A stretch of DNA of 51,042 nt from an uncultured Clostridia bacterium (GCA_934167135.1 CAKPKI010000001.1:1-51042), one strand, 5' to 3'; shown: positions 24,628-35,499, counted from the first letter of the stretch. Notes: generated from the sequence alone by a model not told the origin. A program made the numbers and translations.

Positions 24628-25264
24628 TTATCTTTCTATATTTTCTATAATCCCCTTTGAAATTGCTTTTGCATAGTCTTCCAAGTATTTATCAAACAGT
24701 TCATTATCTTTTTCATCAGATATAAATCCTAATTCTATTAAACAACTTGGCATGCTAGTATTATTTAAAACATAATAATCAGTATCTTCACTTTTTATAG
24801 TTCCGTATTTTATCCCTCTATTATTTTGAATTTTAGTTTTGCTTAAATTATTTAATATATTTTCTGCAAGTTGAATATCTTTTTCATTCTTTTTACTATT
24901 TGCCCATATTTCTATTCCATTTCCGCTATCTGCACTATTTCTATGTATTGAAACAAATAAATCTGCTTTCTTTTTATTTGCTATTTTACATCGTTCTTGT
25001 AATGTAACATTTTTATCTTTTTCTCTAGTCATAATTACTTTTATATTGGCTTCTTCAAGATTTTCTTTTATCAATTCTGCAACTTTTAATGTGTCATCTT
25101 TTTCATATCTTTTATCATTTACTGCTCCAACATCTGTTCCTCCATGTCCGTGCATCAATACAGATAATAGTTCTCTTATTTTTATTTATCAAGCCTTTTA
25201 TTATTATAACACTAATTAATATAAAAACTACTATTATTATTAAAATTTTTACTTTTTTGTTCAT
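24628..25264 (-). pseudogene. N-acetylmuramoyl-L-alanine amidase (Amidase_3 type) with an apparent 1-nt frameshift between the signal anchor and the catalytic domain
   Basis: The catalytic frame reads HGHGGTDVGAV...SIHRNS...ELGFISD. The upstream frame reads MNKKVKILIIIVVFILISVIIIKGLINKNKRTIICIDA and then shifts. Removing one base near 25150 (GAT GCA C GGA CAT GGA) restores ...IICIDAGHGGTDVGA. Confidence 0.6.
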
Positions 25265-25281
25265 TCTTACCCTTCTTCATT

Positions 25282-27342
25282 TTAAATTTCTTTAAATTTC
25301 ATTCTAATTTTAAATAAATCTCCATCTAATATTAATTCAAACTTTCCGTTCTGTAATTCTGTTAAATTTTGTGCAATAGAAATTCCTAATCCACTACCTT
25401 CTGTTGTTCTCGATTTATCTCCTCTAACAAACCTTTGCATTAACTCTTCTGCTGAAATGTTAAGTTTATCTTTTGAGATGTTCTTTATTTCTATTGTTAC
25501 ATTTTGAACATCTGAATTTGAAACTTTTCCAATATTTTTTATGTCAATATATACTCGTGAATTTTCTAATGCATATTTTGCAATATTACTATATAGATTT
25601 TCTATAATTCTGTACATGTACCTACTATCTGCCATAATATTAATTTCATTATTATCAGTATTTATAATTGCTTCCAATCCATGTTTTTTAAATTTATCCT
25701 CAAATTCTCCTGTTGCCTGTTTTATTAGTTCAACTACATTTATTTTTTCTAGTTTTAAAGATATATTTCCTGTTGATATTTTTGAGGCTTCAACTAAATC
25801 TTCTGTAAGTTTTTTTAGCCTTTGTGACTTGTTGTCTAATATTTCTATATATTCTTCCGCTTTTTGATTTTGAATATTTTCTTTTCTTAATAAATCAACA
25901 TAATTAATAATTGATGTTAGTGGTGTTTTAATATCATGTGAGACATTTGTAATTAATTCTGCTTTCATTCTTTCACTTTTCATTCGTTCTTGAACAGCAT
26001 TTTCAAATCCATTTGAAATATCATTTAAGTATTTTACAGAACTTTTTAATGGCATTGAAAATTCATTTTGATTTAGCTCATTTTTGTTATTTCCATTATA
26101 TATTTCTTTTAATTTATTTTCTATTTGTGAGTATTCTTTTAAAACTTTTATAATTTTGTATATTCCAAAACATATAAATCCAATTACTATTATCGGAAAC
26201 GCATTACCAAATATAAGAGAAATTACTATCCATATAAAAATTGCTATACTGGTTGAAATTATAACCTTTGATGTTATATTTGCTGAATATGTAAGTGTTT
26301 CCCATATTTCTTTCATTTTATTGATTATTTGCTTGCAAATTTGTAACCACCATATCAAAATTTTTCCTGTTATAGATGTTCTAAAAAATTGTTTTGCTTT
26401 TATTCTTTTTATTATTGTTGTTATTATTATTGATGTACATATATATATTACAAAATATGCAGTTACTGCAACTGATGTTATTGCTTCATAATTATTTTCG
26501 ACAAATTCCAACATAATAAATGGTATGCAACTTATCAACATTCCTACAAATATTACTATTTCTATAGGAATATTGTCAAAACTATTTATTGCTACAGTAT
26601 CATTCCCAATAACCATTACTAAATATAAAATGAGTAGTATTGTTAATATTGAACTAACTGGAAATATTACATATGCATTATCATTTATAGGTTTTACTAT
26701 CTCTAAAAATTTTGATGTCATTTCTATTTCGGCTTTTTGGCTTAATTGTTCTTTATAAGAACTATATATTTCAAAATCATCTATATTTGCTGTAATATAT
26801 TCTATATAACGACCATCTGTAAGCATATTATCTGTTTTGTTAGTGTTTGTTGTATAATATGTAATTAAAAAATTATTTAAATATTTATCTCCATATTTTG
26901 AAATACTTTGAGAATCTGTTTGTATTTTTGTATCTATAATATTAACTTTTTTATTTTTATTTGATTCAATTGTTAAATCTATTTGCTTTTTTATTTCGTC
27001 AATTGTATTTTCATTTACATTTGTTATTGCTTTATTTTTATATATGATTAAAAAGTTTATATTTTCCATATTAAAATAGTCCTTATAATTGTATAATCTG
27101 TATATTTCAATTTCTCCATCTTTTATACTATCATATGAGCTATTATTATGTATCAACTCATCTGAAACATCTCTTAAAGACATCAAGTAATTATATGAAA
27201 ATCTCTCTGAATTGAAATATTTTTCTTCGTTAAAATATTCCGAATTTTTTATTACTATACATAAGATTGATAATATTAATGTAATTATTGTTATTGATAA
27301 TACAACATAACTAATTCCTATAAGGATTTTATTTGTTTTCAT
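25282..27342 (-). CDS. Sensor histidine kinase with a large N-terminal extracytoplasmic/multi-TM region (686 aa)
   Basis: H-box ITNVSHDIKTPLTSI and a HATPase_c domain with GSGLGISIAQ. Several TM segments precede the kinase core. Confidence 0.85.
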   Translation of the reverse strand: MKTNKILIGISYVVLSITIITLILSILCIVIKNSEYFNEEKYFNSERFSYNYLMSLRDVSDELIHNNSSYDSIKDGEIEIYRLYNYKDYFNMENINFLIIYKNKAITNVNENTIDEIKKQIDLTIESNKNKKVNIIDTKIQTDSQSISKYGDKYLNNFLITYYTTNTNKTDNMLTDGRYIEYITANIDDFEIYSSYKEQLSQKAEIEMTSKFLEIVKPINDNAYVIFPVSSILTILLILYLVMVIGNDTVAINSFDNIPIEIVIFVGMLISCIPFIMLEFVENNYEAITSVAVTAYFVIYICTSIIITTIIKRIKAKQFFRTSITGKILIWWLQICKQIINKMKEIWETLTYSANITSKVIISTSIAIFIWIVISLIFGNAFPIIVIGFICFGIYKIIKVLKEYSQIENKLKEIYNGNNKNELNQNEFSMPLKSSVKYLNDISNGFENAVQERMKSERMKAELITNVSHDIKTPLTSIINYVDLLRKENIQNQKAEEYIEILDNKSQRLKKLTEDLVEASKISTGNISLKLEKINVVELIKQATGEFEDKFKKHGLEAIINTDNNEINIMADSRYMYRIIENLYSNIAKYALENSRVYIDIKNIGKVSNSDVQNVTIEIKNISKDKLNISAEELMQRFVRGDKSRTTEGSGLGISIAQNLTELQNGKFELILDGDLFKIRMKFKEI

Positions 27343-27380
27343 TTTTACCTCCTACATATTTGAGAACGCTAATTTTCCGC

Positions 27381-28091
27381 TCACAATGCCTCGACTTTAT
27401 ATCCAATTCCCCAGATAACCTTTAAATATTTAGGTTCTTTAGGGTTTATTTCTATCTTTTCTCTTATGTGTCTTATATGTACTGCAATTATATTTTCTGC
27501 TGAATAACATTCTCCATCCCATACATTTGTATATATTTCTTCAATTGAAAATACTTTGCCTTTGTTTTTCGTTAGAAATTTTAATATGTTGTATTCAGTT
27601 GGTGTTAGTTTTACTTCTTTTCCCTCTACTATTACTTGTTTTAAGTCATCATTTATTATCAGTTCTCCATTTTGAATAATATTTACTTTTTCATTTTCAG
27701 AAGCGGATTTTTTTATTGAACTTCCTAATTTGGTATATCTTCTTATTAATGCATTTACTCTTGCTATTAATTCTATTGGATTAAATGGTTTGGTCACATA
27801 ATCATCAGCCCCAATATTTAACCCATTTATTTTGTCTATGTCTTCTGATTTTGCAGATAACATTATTACTGGTATATTTTTGTCTTTTCTTATTTCTTCA
27901 AGTGTTTCTATTCCATCTTTTTTTGGCATCATTATGTCTAATATTACTAATTGTATTTCATTTTGCTTTATTTTCTCTAATGCTTGTTCTCCATCATATG
28001 CTTTTATTATTTCATAGTTTTCTTTTCCTAAATATATTTCAATTGCTTTTACTATTTCCTTATCATCATCTACTACTAATATCTTATACAT
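27381..28091 (-). CDS. OmpR-family response regulator
   Basis: Receiver domain (ILVVDDD...LDIMMPKKDG...KP) and a winged-helix C-terminus (IWGIGYK). Confidence 0.9.
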   Translation of the reverse strand: MYKILVVDDDKEIVKAIEIYLGKENYEIIKAYDGEQALEKIKQNEIQLVILDIMMPKKDGIETLEEIRKDKNIPVIMLSAKSEDIDKINGLNIGADDYVTKPFNPIELIARVNALIRRYTKLGSSIKKSASENEKVNIIQNGELIINDDLKQVIVEGKEVKLTPTEYNILKFLTKNKGKVFSIEEIYTNVWDGECYSAENIIAVHIRHIREKIEINPKEPKYLKVIWGIGYKVEAL

Positions 28092-28223
28092 GTTTTTATC
28101 CCTTCCTTTTTCATTTTATATTATAACAGATTTTTATTAATAAAAAATAGAGAATTTATTAAGTTTTTATTAATTCACTAAAAATAGGAGAGAATCCAAA
28201 TTTAAGATTATCTCCTATCTGTT

Positions 28224-30839
28224 TTAAATATTATCATTCCTAATAGTCTCAATAATATTTTGCTTATTAATTTTATTCAAAGAATATCTCATAATAATAC
28301 CTACAATAACAACAATAAATATTACTGAAATTATAACAGCATTTGTTGGATAAACAAATTTTAAATTTTCTGTAGCTTGGCTTCCAATTGAAATTTTATA
28401 AATCCAATAAGAAATACCAGAACCTAAAGCAACTCCTATTATTAAAGACTTCACACCATAAAATACACTTTCCAAATTAATCATTTTATCAAACTCTTTT
28501 TTAGTCATACCAATTGATTTTAACATTGCAAATTCTTTACTTCTTAAATTCATATTTGTTGTTATTGTATTAAAAATATTTGTTACACCAATCAGTGTAA
28601 TTACAACAATAAATCCATATAAAAATATTGATATAAGAAGAACCATTCTATTTTGTTGTTCAGCTTCTTCGTTGTAATTTGTATAATTAAGTTTTATTCC
28701 TTCTTTTGCAAGTCTAGTTTCTTCTTCATCTAGTTTTTTACAAAATTCTTCTGCATTACTTGCATTTACATATGCACTATAACAACCGTAATCTTTTAAT
28801 TTATCCATAAGTTCATCACTTATTAAAAATGTTCCGGAAAAAGTATATCTATTTGCATCTAAAGGACTTTGGTCTGAAATTTTAGCTATTTTTAGGTTTA
28901 CTTCTTCATTTCCTACTGTTATACCTTTTACAACATCATTTTCTTTAAAATTAAATGGAATCATCCTTTCTGATTTTTTGTTTTCATCACTATATTCATA
29001 AATACTGGAATCATCACAATAAATAATAGCATCTTTACAATTATCATATTTTGCGCCAATTTTTTTCACATAATCTCTATATGCTTTATCTCCTATTGAA
29101 GTGATTGAAATAGTCATGGCTTCATCTATTGAAGCCGAATAGCTCTCTTTATAATAATTTTTAAATTCCTCTGTTGCAAATTGCTCTATGTTGCATTTAT
29201 CCAATGATAATGTTCTCATTATTGCATATTTATCTACATTGGAATTTTCCATAAGTTTTTGGTAATACTCATAAGTGTTTTTTGCACTATTTTCATCATT
29301 TTTTTGATAGTCTGAGTAACTTGAATAAATAGTAACATTATAATCCATTTCTTTATAATAAATTCCTGTCATTCCAAAAGCATAATTCAAAAAAGTGCTT
29401 AAAGATATAAATACTGTAATACTTACTACAAGTGAAATAACAGTAGTTCTATATTTCTTTTTGTTTCTTTTTAAATTTTTATATGCAATTTCTCCACCAA
29501 TTCCAAATATTTTTGAAACTAATTTTGGGCATTTAATTTTCTTTGATTTTATTTTTATATCAGTATTGCTTCTGATTGCATCTATTGGTGATATCTTTGC
29601 TGCTCTTCTAGCAGAAAATATACAAGATAAATAAATTGTTACAAATCCTAAAGCTATACTTATTATAACTGCCCAATATGGCATACTAAATACAAATTCA
29701 ACTTCATTTGTAAATACGCTTTTTCCAACTAATTCAGTTGAAACTCTCATTAAAATAAATGTTGCTAATACTCCACAAAGTATTCCTATTGGTATTGATA
29801 TTAAACCTAAAAGCATTCCCTCAAATAGTACATTTTTCTTAATCTGTTTTTTAGTTGCACCTATACTTGACAACATGCCATATTGTTTCATTTTCTCTGT
29901 TATAGAAATTGCAAAACTGTTCCTTATTACAAATACACTAGAAATAATTATTATTCCAATTACTATTCCGGCTAAAGAATACAACATTTGTAATGTTCCA
30001 CTATCTCTTGTAACTCCAGACCATCTTAACAACTCTGAATTTGTAGTAGAATTTGCATCTGTTAATTGTTTTTCAATATCTTTAGTAATATTATAAGAAT
30101 CTCTGATGTTTTTGTATTTTACAGCAATATTTACTGGTAATTTTTTATCTACATTATCTAACAAAGTAATAACTGTATATCCAGGTGCACTATAATCTTC
30201 TATTTCCATATTTGGTCTTTCTATAATACCAACTATTGTAAATTCTCTTGATTGAGTTACTTCTAAGTGTTCTGCAACATAGTCTTCTTCCCCTTCATCT
30301 TTTGAATTATTATATGGATTGTTTTGTTTTAACTCTTCTCCATCCTCAGTTAATCTTTTTCCTATATTTAATGTTAATTTGTCTCCAACATTATAATATG
30401 TAACTCCTCCATTTGACTCTAAATGTTTAGGAATTACTATCTCGTTAGAGTTTTCTGGTATTCTTCCTTCTGCAAGTTTTAATCCCCAATCATTTAATGC
30501 ATCCTTATCAAATGCTGTCAAATATAAATATGGTTTATATTCATTTTGAACTTTTTCAAGTTTGGAATAGCCAATTCCTTGTGTAATAAATGTACTTTTT
30601 ACATTTCTGTTTTCTAATATATATTTTTGTTCATTTGGCTTAACATCAAAAAATACTGCATGATAATCTCCATCAGATTCTTTTGCATGTTGTATAAGTG
30701 TTTGTTGAAAGCTTGAAAATACTCCTGCTACTGCACATATCAATGCAGTTGACATTATAATTCCCATACATGTTGCAATTGTTCTTTTGATATTTAATTT
30801 TAGACTTCTTATTGTAAAATTATTTAAAACATTTTTCAT
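28224..30839 (-). CDS. ABC transporter permease with two FtsX-type domains (871 aa)
   Basis: Large protein with two 4-TM FtsX-like modules separated by a long soluble region. Its start overlaps the upstream ATPase gene by 20 nt. Confidence 0.8.
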   Translation of the reverse strand: MKNVLNNFTIRSLKLNIKRTIATCMGIIMSTALICAVAGVFSSFQQTLIQHAKESDGDYHAVFFDVKPNEQKYILENRNVKSTFITQGIGYSKLEKVQNEYKPYLYLTAFDKDALNDWGLKLAEGRIPENSNEIVIPKHLESNGGVTYYNVGDKLTLNIGKRLTEDGEELKQNNPYNNSKDEGEEDYVAEHLEVTQSREFTIVGIIERPNMEIEDYSAPGYTVITLLDNVDKKLPVNIAVKYKNIRDSYNITKDIEKQLTDANSTTNSELLRWSGVTRDSGTLQMLYSLAGIVIGIIIISSVFVIRNSFAISITEKMKQYGMLSSIGATKKQIKKNVLFEGMLLGLISIPIGILCGVLATFILMRVSTELVGKSVFTNEVEFVFSMPYWAVIISIALGFVTIYLSCIFSARRAAKISPIDAIRSNTDIKIKSKKIKCPKLVSKIFGIGGEIAYKNLKRNKKKYRTTVISLVVSITVFISLSTFLNYAFGMTGIYYKEMDYNVTIYSSYSDYQKNDENSAKNTYEYYQKLMENSNVDKYAIMRTLSLDKCNIEQFATEEFKNYYKESYSASIDEAMTISITSIGDKAYRDYVKKIGAKYDNCKDAIIYCDDSSIYEYSDENKKSERMIPFNFKENDVVKGITVGNEEVNLKIAKISDQSPLDANRYTFSGTFLISDELMDKLKDYGCYSAYVNASNAEEFCKKLDEEETRLAKEGIKLNYTNYNEEAEQQNRMVLLISIFLYGFIVVITLIGVTNIFNTITTNMNLRSKEFAMLKSIGMTKKEFDKMINLESVFYGVKSLIIGVALGSGISYWIYKISIGSQATENLKFVYPTNAVIISVIFIVVIVGIIMRYSLNKINKQNIIETIRNDNI

Positions 30840-31503
30840 CTTTTATAATCCTCCCATCATCTATTGTTATAACTCTATCTGCCTCTAATGCTATTTTTTC
30901 ATCATGTGTGATAACAATAACAGTTTGATTATATTTTTTATTAGATAGTCTTAATAAAGAAATAATCTCTTCTGATGATTTGCTATCTAGATTTCCTGTT
31001 GGCTCATCTGCTAACATAATTGCTGGATTATTTATTATAGCTCTACCTATTGAAACTCTTTGCTGTTGTCCACCTGAAAGTTCATTTGGAAGATGTTTTC
31101 TTCTATTTTCTAATTTCAATGTTTTTAGCATTTCATCCAATTTTTCTTGTTTTACTTCTTTTCCATCTAAATTACATGGTAATGTAATATTTTCTTCTAC
31201 ATTTAATATTGGAATCAAATTATAAAATTGATATATTAACCCTACTTGTCTTCTTCTAAAAATAGCAAGTTGTTCATCATTTAATTTATAAATATCTTGA
31301 CCATCTATAAAAACTCTTCCACTTGTTGGTCTGTCTACCCCTCCAAGTAAATGTAATAATGTTGATTTTCCGCTTCCAGATGCTCCTACTATTGCAACAA
31401 ATTCTCCCTTTTCTACTGAAAATGATATATTGTTTACTGCTTTTACTTCGTTTTCTCCTTTTCCATAAATTTTGTTTAAATTTTCAACTTTTAAAATTTC
31501 CAT
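30820..31503 (-). CDS. ABC transporter ATP-binding protein (MacB/LolD-like)
   Basis: GASGSGKSTLL, LSGGQQQRVSIGRA and MLADEPTGNLD. Confidence 0.92.
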   Translation of the reverse strand: MEILKVENLNKIYGKGENEVKAVNNISFSVEKGEFVAIVGASGSGKSTLLHLLGGVDRPTSGRVFIDGQDIYKLNDEQLAIFRRRQVGLIYQFYNLIPILNVEENITLPCNLDGKEVKQEKLDEMLKTLKLENRRKHLPNELSGGQQQRVSIGRAIINNPAIMLADEPTGNLDSKSSEEIISLLRLSNKKYNQTVIVITHDEKIALEADRVITIDDGRIIKDEKCFK

Positions 31504-31606
31504 ATCTTTATTTTCCTTTCCTCATTATTTAATTATATATTAATATTTGAATGTGACTCTAAAGTGACTCTACCCAAAAAAAGATTCAGTATTATTACCG
31601 AATCTT

Positions 31607-32194
31607 TTATATATAACTCTTTTTATTGTTCATCATTGCTATTACATCTTTAAATTTAGGATTATTTCTCTTACTATATTTTTTTAGTAGTCCTCTATAT
31701 TCTAGATTAAGTCCTTCTAATTTTTTGAAATCTTCTGGTTTTATTATCTTTGGTAGCTCTGCTACATTTTTTACACCAGCTGATTTTAAAACATGTTTTA
31801 CAAATTCAGCACAGTAAAAATTGTTTTTTCTTTTTATCTTCTTTTTTATACTAACACATGCAAGTCCTAATATGTTAAAACTATATTTTTGTTTATTTTC
31901 TTCAAAATACTTAATAATTTTCACTAATCTATTATATTGTTCATCTTTAATACTTAATGAATATATCTCTGTTCTAGTATTTTTAAATCTTTTAAATGTT
32001 CCATACTTTATATTTTCATGGACAAATCCTCCCCAAAAGGGATTATATGGATTTAGCCTACCAAAACTATACATTTCTTCCAATTCTTCATCTAATGATA
32101 AAGATATGTGTGAAAATTCGTCTTTAGTATAATATTTAATTATTGTTGATAATGCTGTTCCTGTGTGTGTTAATACAATATAAACTTTTTTCAA
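31607..32194 (-). CDS. Putative permuted papain-like (YiiX/NlpC-P60-related) protein
   Basis: The call rests only on the order of the SHISLS and FYCAEFV motifs, which resembles permuted papain-fold amidases. Confidence 0.35.
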   Translation of the reverse strand: MKKVYIVLTHTGTALSTIIKYYTKDEFSHISLSLDEELEEMYSFGRLNPYNPFWGGFVHENIKYGTFKRFKNTRTEIYSLSIKDEQYNRLVKIIKYFEENKQKYSFNILGLACVSIKKKIKRKNNFYCAEFVKHVLKSAGVKNVAELPKIIKPEDFKKLEGLNLEYRGLLKKYSKRNNPKFKDVIAMMNNKKSYI

Positions 32195-32209
32195 TTTTAG
32201 GCTTCCTTT

Positions 32210-33016
32210 CTATTGTGTTTTTAGATATTGTATATATTCCTCTAAGCACATATTTAATTCATTCATTTTTTTGGCATGTTCTACTCCTACATATCTCCAA
32301 TGCCATGATTCGTATGATATTTTTGTAATATCTTCTTTATCCTTAGGATATCTTAAAACAAACCCATAGTTTTCGGCATTTTTTTGTAACCATTTAAATC
32401 CATCTAATTGTTCAAATTTATTATCTACCATATTAAAATCAACTGCCAATCCTAAATTGTGGTCACTTGAACCTGGTTTGTTTATATATTCATTTGTTAA
32501 TTCTTCTGCTTCTTCTTGCGTTTTTCCTTGTTGTAAATATTTTTTTACACTATTATCATATAATTCTTTTTGCCTTGCTACACTTCTATATGCAGATTGT
32601 ACCCATATATTTGTTATGCCATCTTTTTTCATTTGATTCATCATCTTATTTAGGTCATCTATTGCTCTTGCATCAAACTGTCTTGTTTTATCTATATCTT
32701 CAACTTCAACTGTAAAATTTTCTGGTAATAAGTTCTCATAATTGGCAAGTCTTAATCTCCAATCTGTTATTTCTTTTTCAGGTTGTTGTGTTTGCTCATT
32801 TTCTTCTTGTTTGTCATTTTTTTGATTAGTCGTTTCTATAGGCTGGTTTGTTGAAGTTTCTATAGTCTTTTTATTGTTTGCTTTTTTTACAATTAATACA
32901 ATACATATAACTACAATAATTACTAACATAAATATTTTTCGTTTATTTAATTTTTTAGTAGTTTTTCGTTTGTTCTTTATAGCATGATGCTTTCCTTTTG
33001 TTTTTCTTCTACTCAT
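32210..33016 (-). CDS. D-alanyl-D-alanine carboxypeptidase, VanY/peptidase M15B family, membrane-anchored
   Basis: SAYRSVARQ, PGSSDHNLGLAVDF and ESWHWRYVG motifs, with an N-terminal TM anchor. Confidence 0.85.
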   Translation of the reverse strand: MSRRKTKGKHHAIKNKRKTTKKLNKRKIFMLVIIVVICIVLIVKKANNKKTIETSTNQPIETTNQKNDKQEENEQTQQPEKEITDWRLRLANYENLLPENFTVEVEDIDKTRQFDARAIDDLNKMMNQMKKDGITNIWVQSAYRSVARQKELYDNSVKKYLQQGKTQEEAEELTNEYINKPGSSDHNLGLAVDFNMVDNKFEQLDGFKWLQKNAENYGFVLRYPKDKEDITKISYESWHWRYVGVEHAKKMNELNMCLEEYIQYLKTQ

Positions 33017-33095
33017 TTTCCATCATCCTTTTTTTCTTGTAAACCTTATTCTTTTTATATTTTACTATACCATTCTTAAAAATGCAATACCATCA

Positions 33096-34316
33096 TTACC
33101 TTGTAACCATATATTTTATTTCAAATGTTGTTCCTTTTCCAAGTTCAGAATAGCAAATAATATATCCATTATCTTTTTCAACAATACTTTTTGCAAGTGC
33201 CAAACCAATTCCAACACTATTATTACTAGAATTTTTACCTTTATAAAAGCGTTCAAAAATATGTTTCAAATCCTTTAAATCAATTCCATCACCTTCATCT
33301 TTTATAATAATTTTAGTGTAAAAGTTATTTTGTTCATAATCTATATAAATATTTTTATTTTCTGGAGTATGTTCAATACAATTTTTAACTATATTAGTAA
33401 TCGCTTCTAATTGCCAATTATAATCTCCCATAAAAGATACATCTTTTTCATTATCTTTGATGATTATATTTTGTTGCTTTATATCTAATGGAATAGAAAG
33501 ATTTTGAATTACATTATCTATTAATTCTTTTACTTTAATTTTCTTTACATTAAATACTGCTATATTAGAATCTAGTTTCGATAATTTTAGTAGTGAAATA
33601 ACCAACCAATTAATCCATTCTATTTGTCTGCATATTTCTCGAATAAATCCCTGTTTTGTACATTCATCCATTTGTGGATTTTCTCTTATATTATCTAACA
33701 TTATTGAGATTGATGTTAATGGTGTTTTTAACTGATGAGATATATTTTCTAATGATTGCTGTAATATTTCTTTATCTTTATAAGAATTTTCAGCTTGTTC
33801 TTTAAGCATTACAGTTATTTTATATAATTCGTTAGTTAAATCACTTAACTCTCCTTCTGTATTTTCTTCTATTTTTAAACTATAATTCTTTTGGCTAATT
33901 TGATTTATATAATCTATAATTGTTTGTATTTTTTTCTTTCGTCTATTTTCATACATAATTATTATTACAAATATAATCACAATTAAGCTCAATATACCAA
34001 TTATATTAATTATTATAATCTCATATTTTTGATTTTGTAATTTAGCAATTGCATGCGAATTATTTACATTTATTCCATATTTACTTAAAATTTCTTTTCC
34101 ATTTTTAATGTTGTTACTACCATTTAATATCTTAATTATCTCGTCATCATTTATATTAGGGTATTTCTCAATTATTTCGCCTAAAATATTTGCAATAATC
34201 TCATTTTCTTTGTTCTGATATTTTTTATTTATTTTAGAAATTGCTATGTAATTAACAATTCCACTTAATATTGATATTAGCAAAATTAATATGATTGTTT
34301 TTTTTATTTCTTTCAT
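33096..34316 (-). CDS. Sensor histidine kinase (VanS-like size and layout)
   Basis: H-box ISHQLKTPLTSI and a HATPase_c domain with GIGLALAKS. It overlaps the response regulator gene by 4 nt. Confidence 0.85.
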   Translation of the reverse strand: MKEIKKTIILILLISILSGIVNYIAISKINKKYQNKENEIIANILGEIIEKYPNINDDEIIKILNGSNNIKNGKEILSKYGINVNNSHAIAKLQNQKYEIIIINIIGILSLIVIIFVIIIMYENRRKKKIQTIIDYINQISQKNYSLKIEENTEGELSDLTNELYKITVMLKEQAENSYKDKEILQQSLENISHQLKTPLTSISIMLDNIRENPQMDECTKQGFIREICRQIEWINWLVISLLKLSKLDSNIAVFNVKKIKVKELIDNVIQNLSIPLDIKQQNIIIKDNEKDVSFMGDYNWQLEAITNIVKNCIEHTPENKNIYIDYEQNNFYTKIIIKDEGDGIDLKDLKHIFERFYKGKNSSNNSVGIGLALAKSIVEKDNGYIICYSELGKGTTFEIKYMVTR

Positions 34317-34990
34317 TGTTGAATCACCTTATATCCTATTCCTCTAACAGTTTGAATAACTTTTCCATCTTTATCATCTAATTTGTTTCTTATCCTTTTT
34401 ATATATACTGTAAGTGTATTATCATTTACAAAATTTCCTGCAATGTCCCATATTTTATCTAAAATTTGTTGTCTTGTTACTAAAATATCTTTATTAGTAA
34501 CAAGCATATATAATATTTTATATTCTAAACTAGTAAATACTATTTTTTTGCCATCTTTATATACTTCTGCTTTTTCATTATTAATAATTATATTTCCACA
34601 TTTTATTTCATTTTCCTTAACTTCTTGACGATAATATCTTCTTAAAACACTTTTAATTCTCGATATTAATTCCTTTGTTCTAAATGGTTTTATAACATAA
34701 TCATCAGCTCCCATGTCTAAGCCCTTTACAACATCTGTTTCGTCATCTTTTGCTGTTAAAAATATAACTGGTGTTTCTTCTCTATTTTTTATATATTGAC
34801 ATATTTCATATCCATTGCCATCTGGCAAAGCTATATCTAACAAATATAATTCAAATTTTTCTTTCTGAATTTTAGATATTGCCATAACTATGTTTTCTGC
34901 TGTTTCTACTTTAAAATCGGCTTGTTCTAATGAATACTTTAATCCTTTTGCAATTATTTCATTGTCTTCTATTAATAATATTTTTTGCAT
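34313..34990 (-). CDS. OmpR-family response regulator
   Basis: ILLIEDNE...LDIALPDGNG...KPF and VRGIGYK. The start is at the ATG after GGGAAGTGA. Confidence 0.9.
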   Translation of the reverse strand: MQKILLIEDNEIIAKGLKYSLEQADFKVETAENIVMAISKIQKEKFELYLLDIALPDGNGYEICQYIKNREETPVIFLTAKDDETDVVKGLDMGADDYVIKPFRTKELISRIKSVLRRYYRQEVKENEIKCGNIIINNEKAEVYKDGKKIVFTSLEYKILYMLVTNKDILVTRQQILDKIWDIAGNFVNDNTLTVYIKRIRNKLDDKDGKVIQTVRGIGYKVIQQ

Positions 34991-35119
34991 ATCATCACTT
35001 CCCAATTTTATTATACATTGTTTTTGTAAAATTGCAAATTTTTTTTAATAATACTTTCACTTTTGTTCATTTTGGTATATAATCTATTTTGTATTTTAAA
35101 TGAAAGGATTTTGCAAAAG

Positions 35120-35470
35120 ATGGAACATTGGAGTGTTGATGATTATAAAAATTTCACAAATAATAAAACAAAAAAAACTAAATATAGGGCTAATAAAACA
35201 TCTATAGATGGTCATACTTTCGATAGTCAAAAAGAAGCTGATTATTATTGTCAATTAAAACTAAGATTACAAGCAAAAGAAATTAATGGTTTTTGTTTAC
35301 AACCAACATTTATGCTTGCACCAGGTTTAAAGTATAAAGCTGATTTTATAGTCTTTAATTCTGATAATACCTATGATGTAATAGATGTAAAAGGTGTTAA
35401 AACCAAGGAATATATTGCCAAAAAGAAGGTTTTTGAAGATAAGTATAATATGAGAATCACTGAAATATAA
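35120..35470 (+). CDS. DUF1064-family protein (phage-associated nuclease-like fold)
   Basis: KYRANKTSIDGHTFDSQKEADYY...YKADFIVF...DVKGVKT pattern. The start is at the ATG after GAAAGGA. Confidence 0.6.
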   Translation: MEHWSVDDYKNFTNNKTKKTKYRANKTSIDGHTFDSQKEADYYCQLKLRLQAKEINGFCLQPTFMLAPGLKYKADFIVFNSDNTYDVIDVKGVKTKEYIAKKKVFEDKYNMRITEI

Positions 35471-35473
35471 AAA

Positions 35474-35496
35474 ATGCATCTTATCAAAAGATGCAT
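35474..35496. terminator. Bidirectional terminator between the DUF1064 gene and dgkA
   Basis: ATGCATCTT-ATCAA-AAGATGCAT, flanked by an A-run and a T-run. Confidence 0.7.
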
Positions 35497-35499
35497 TTT

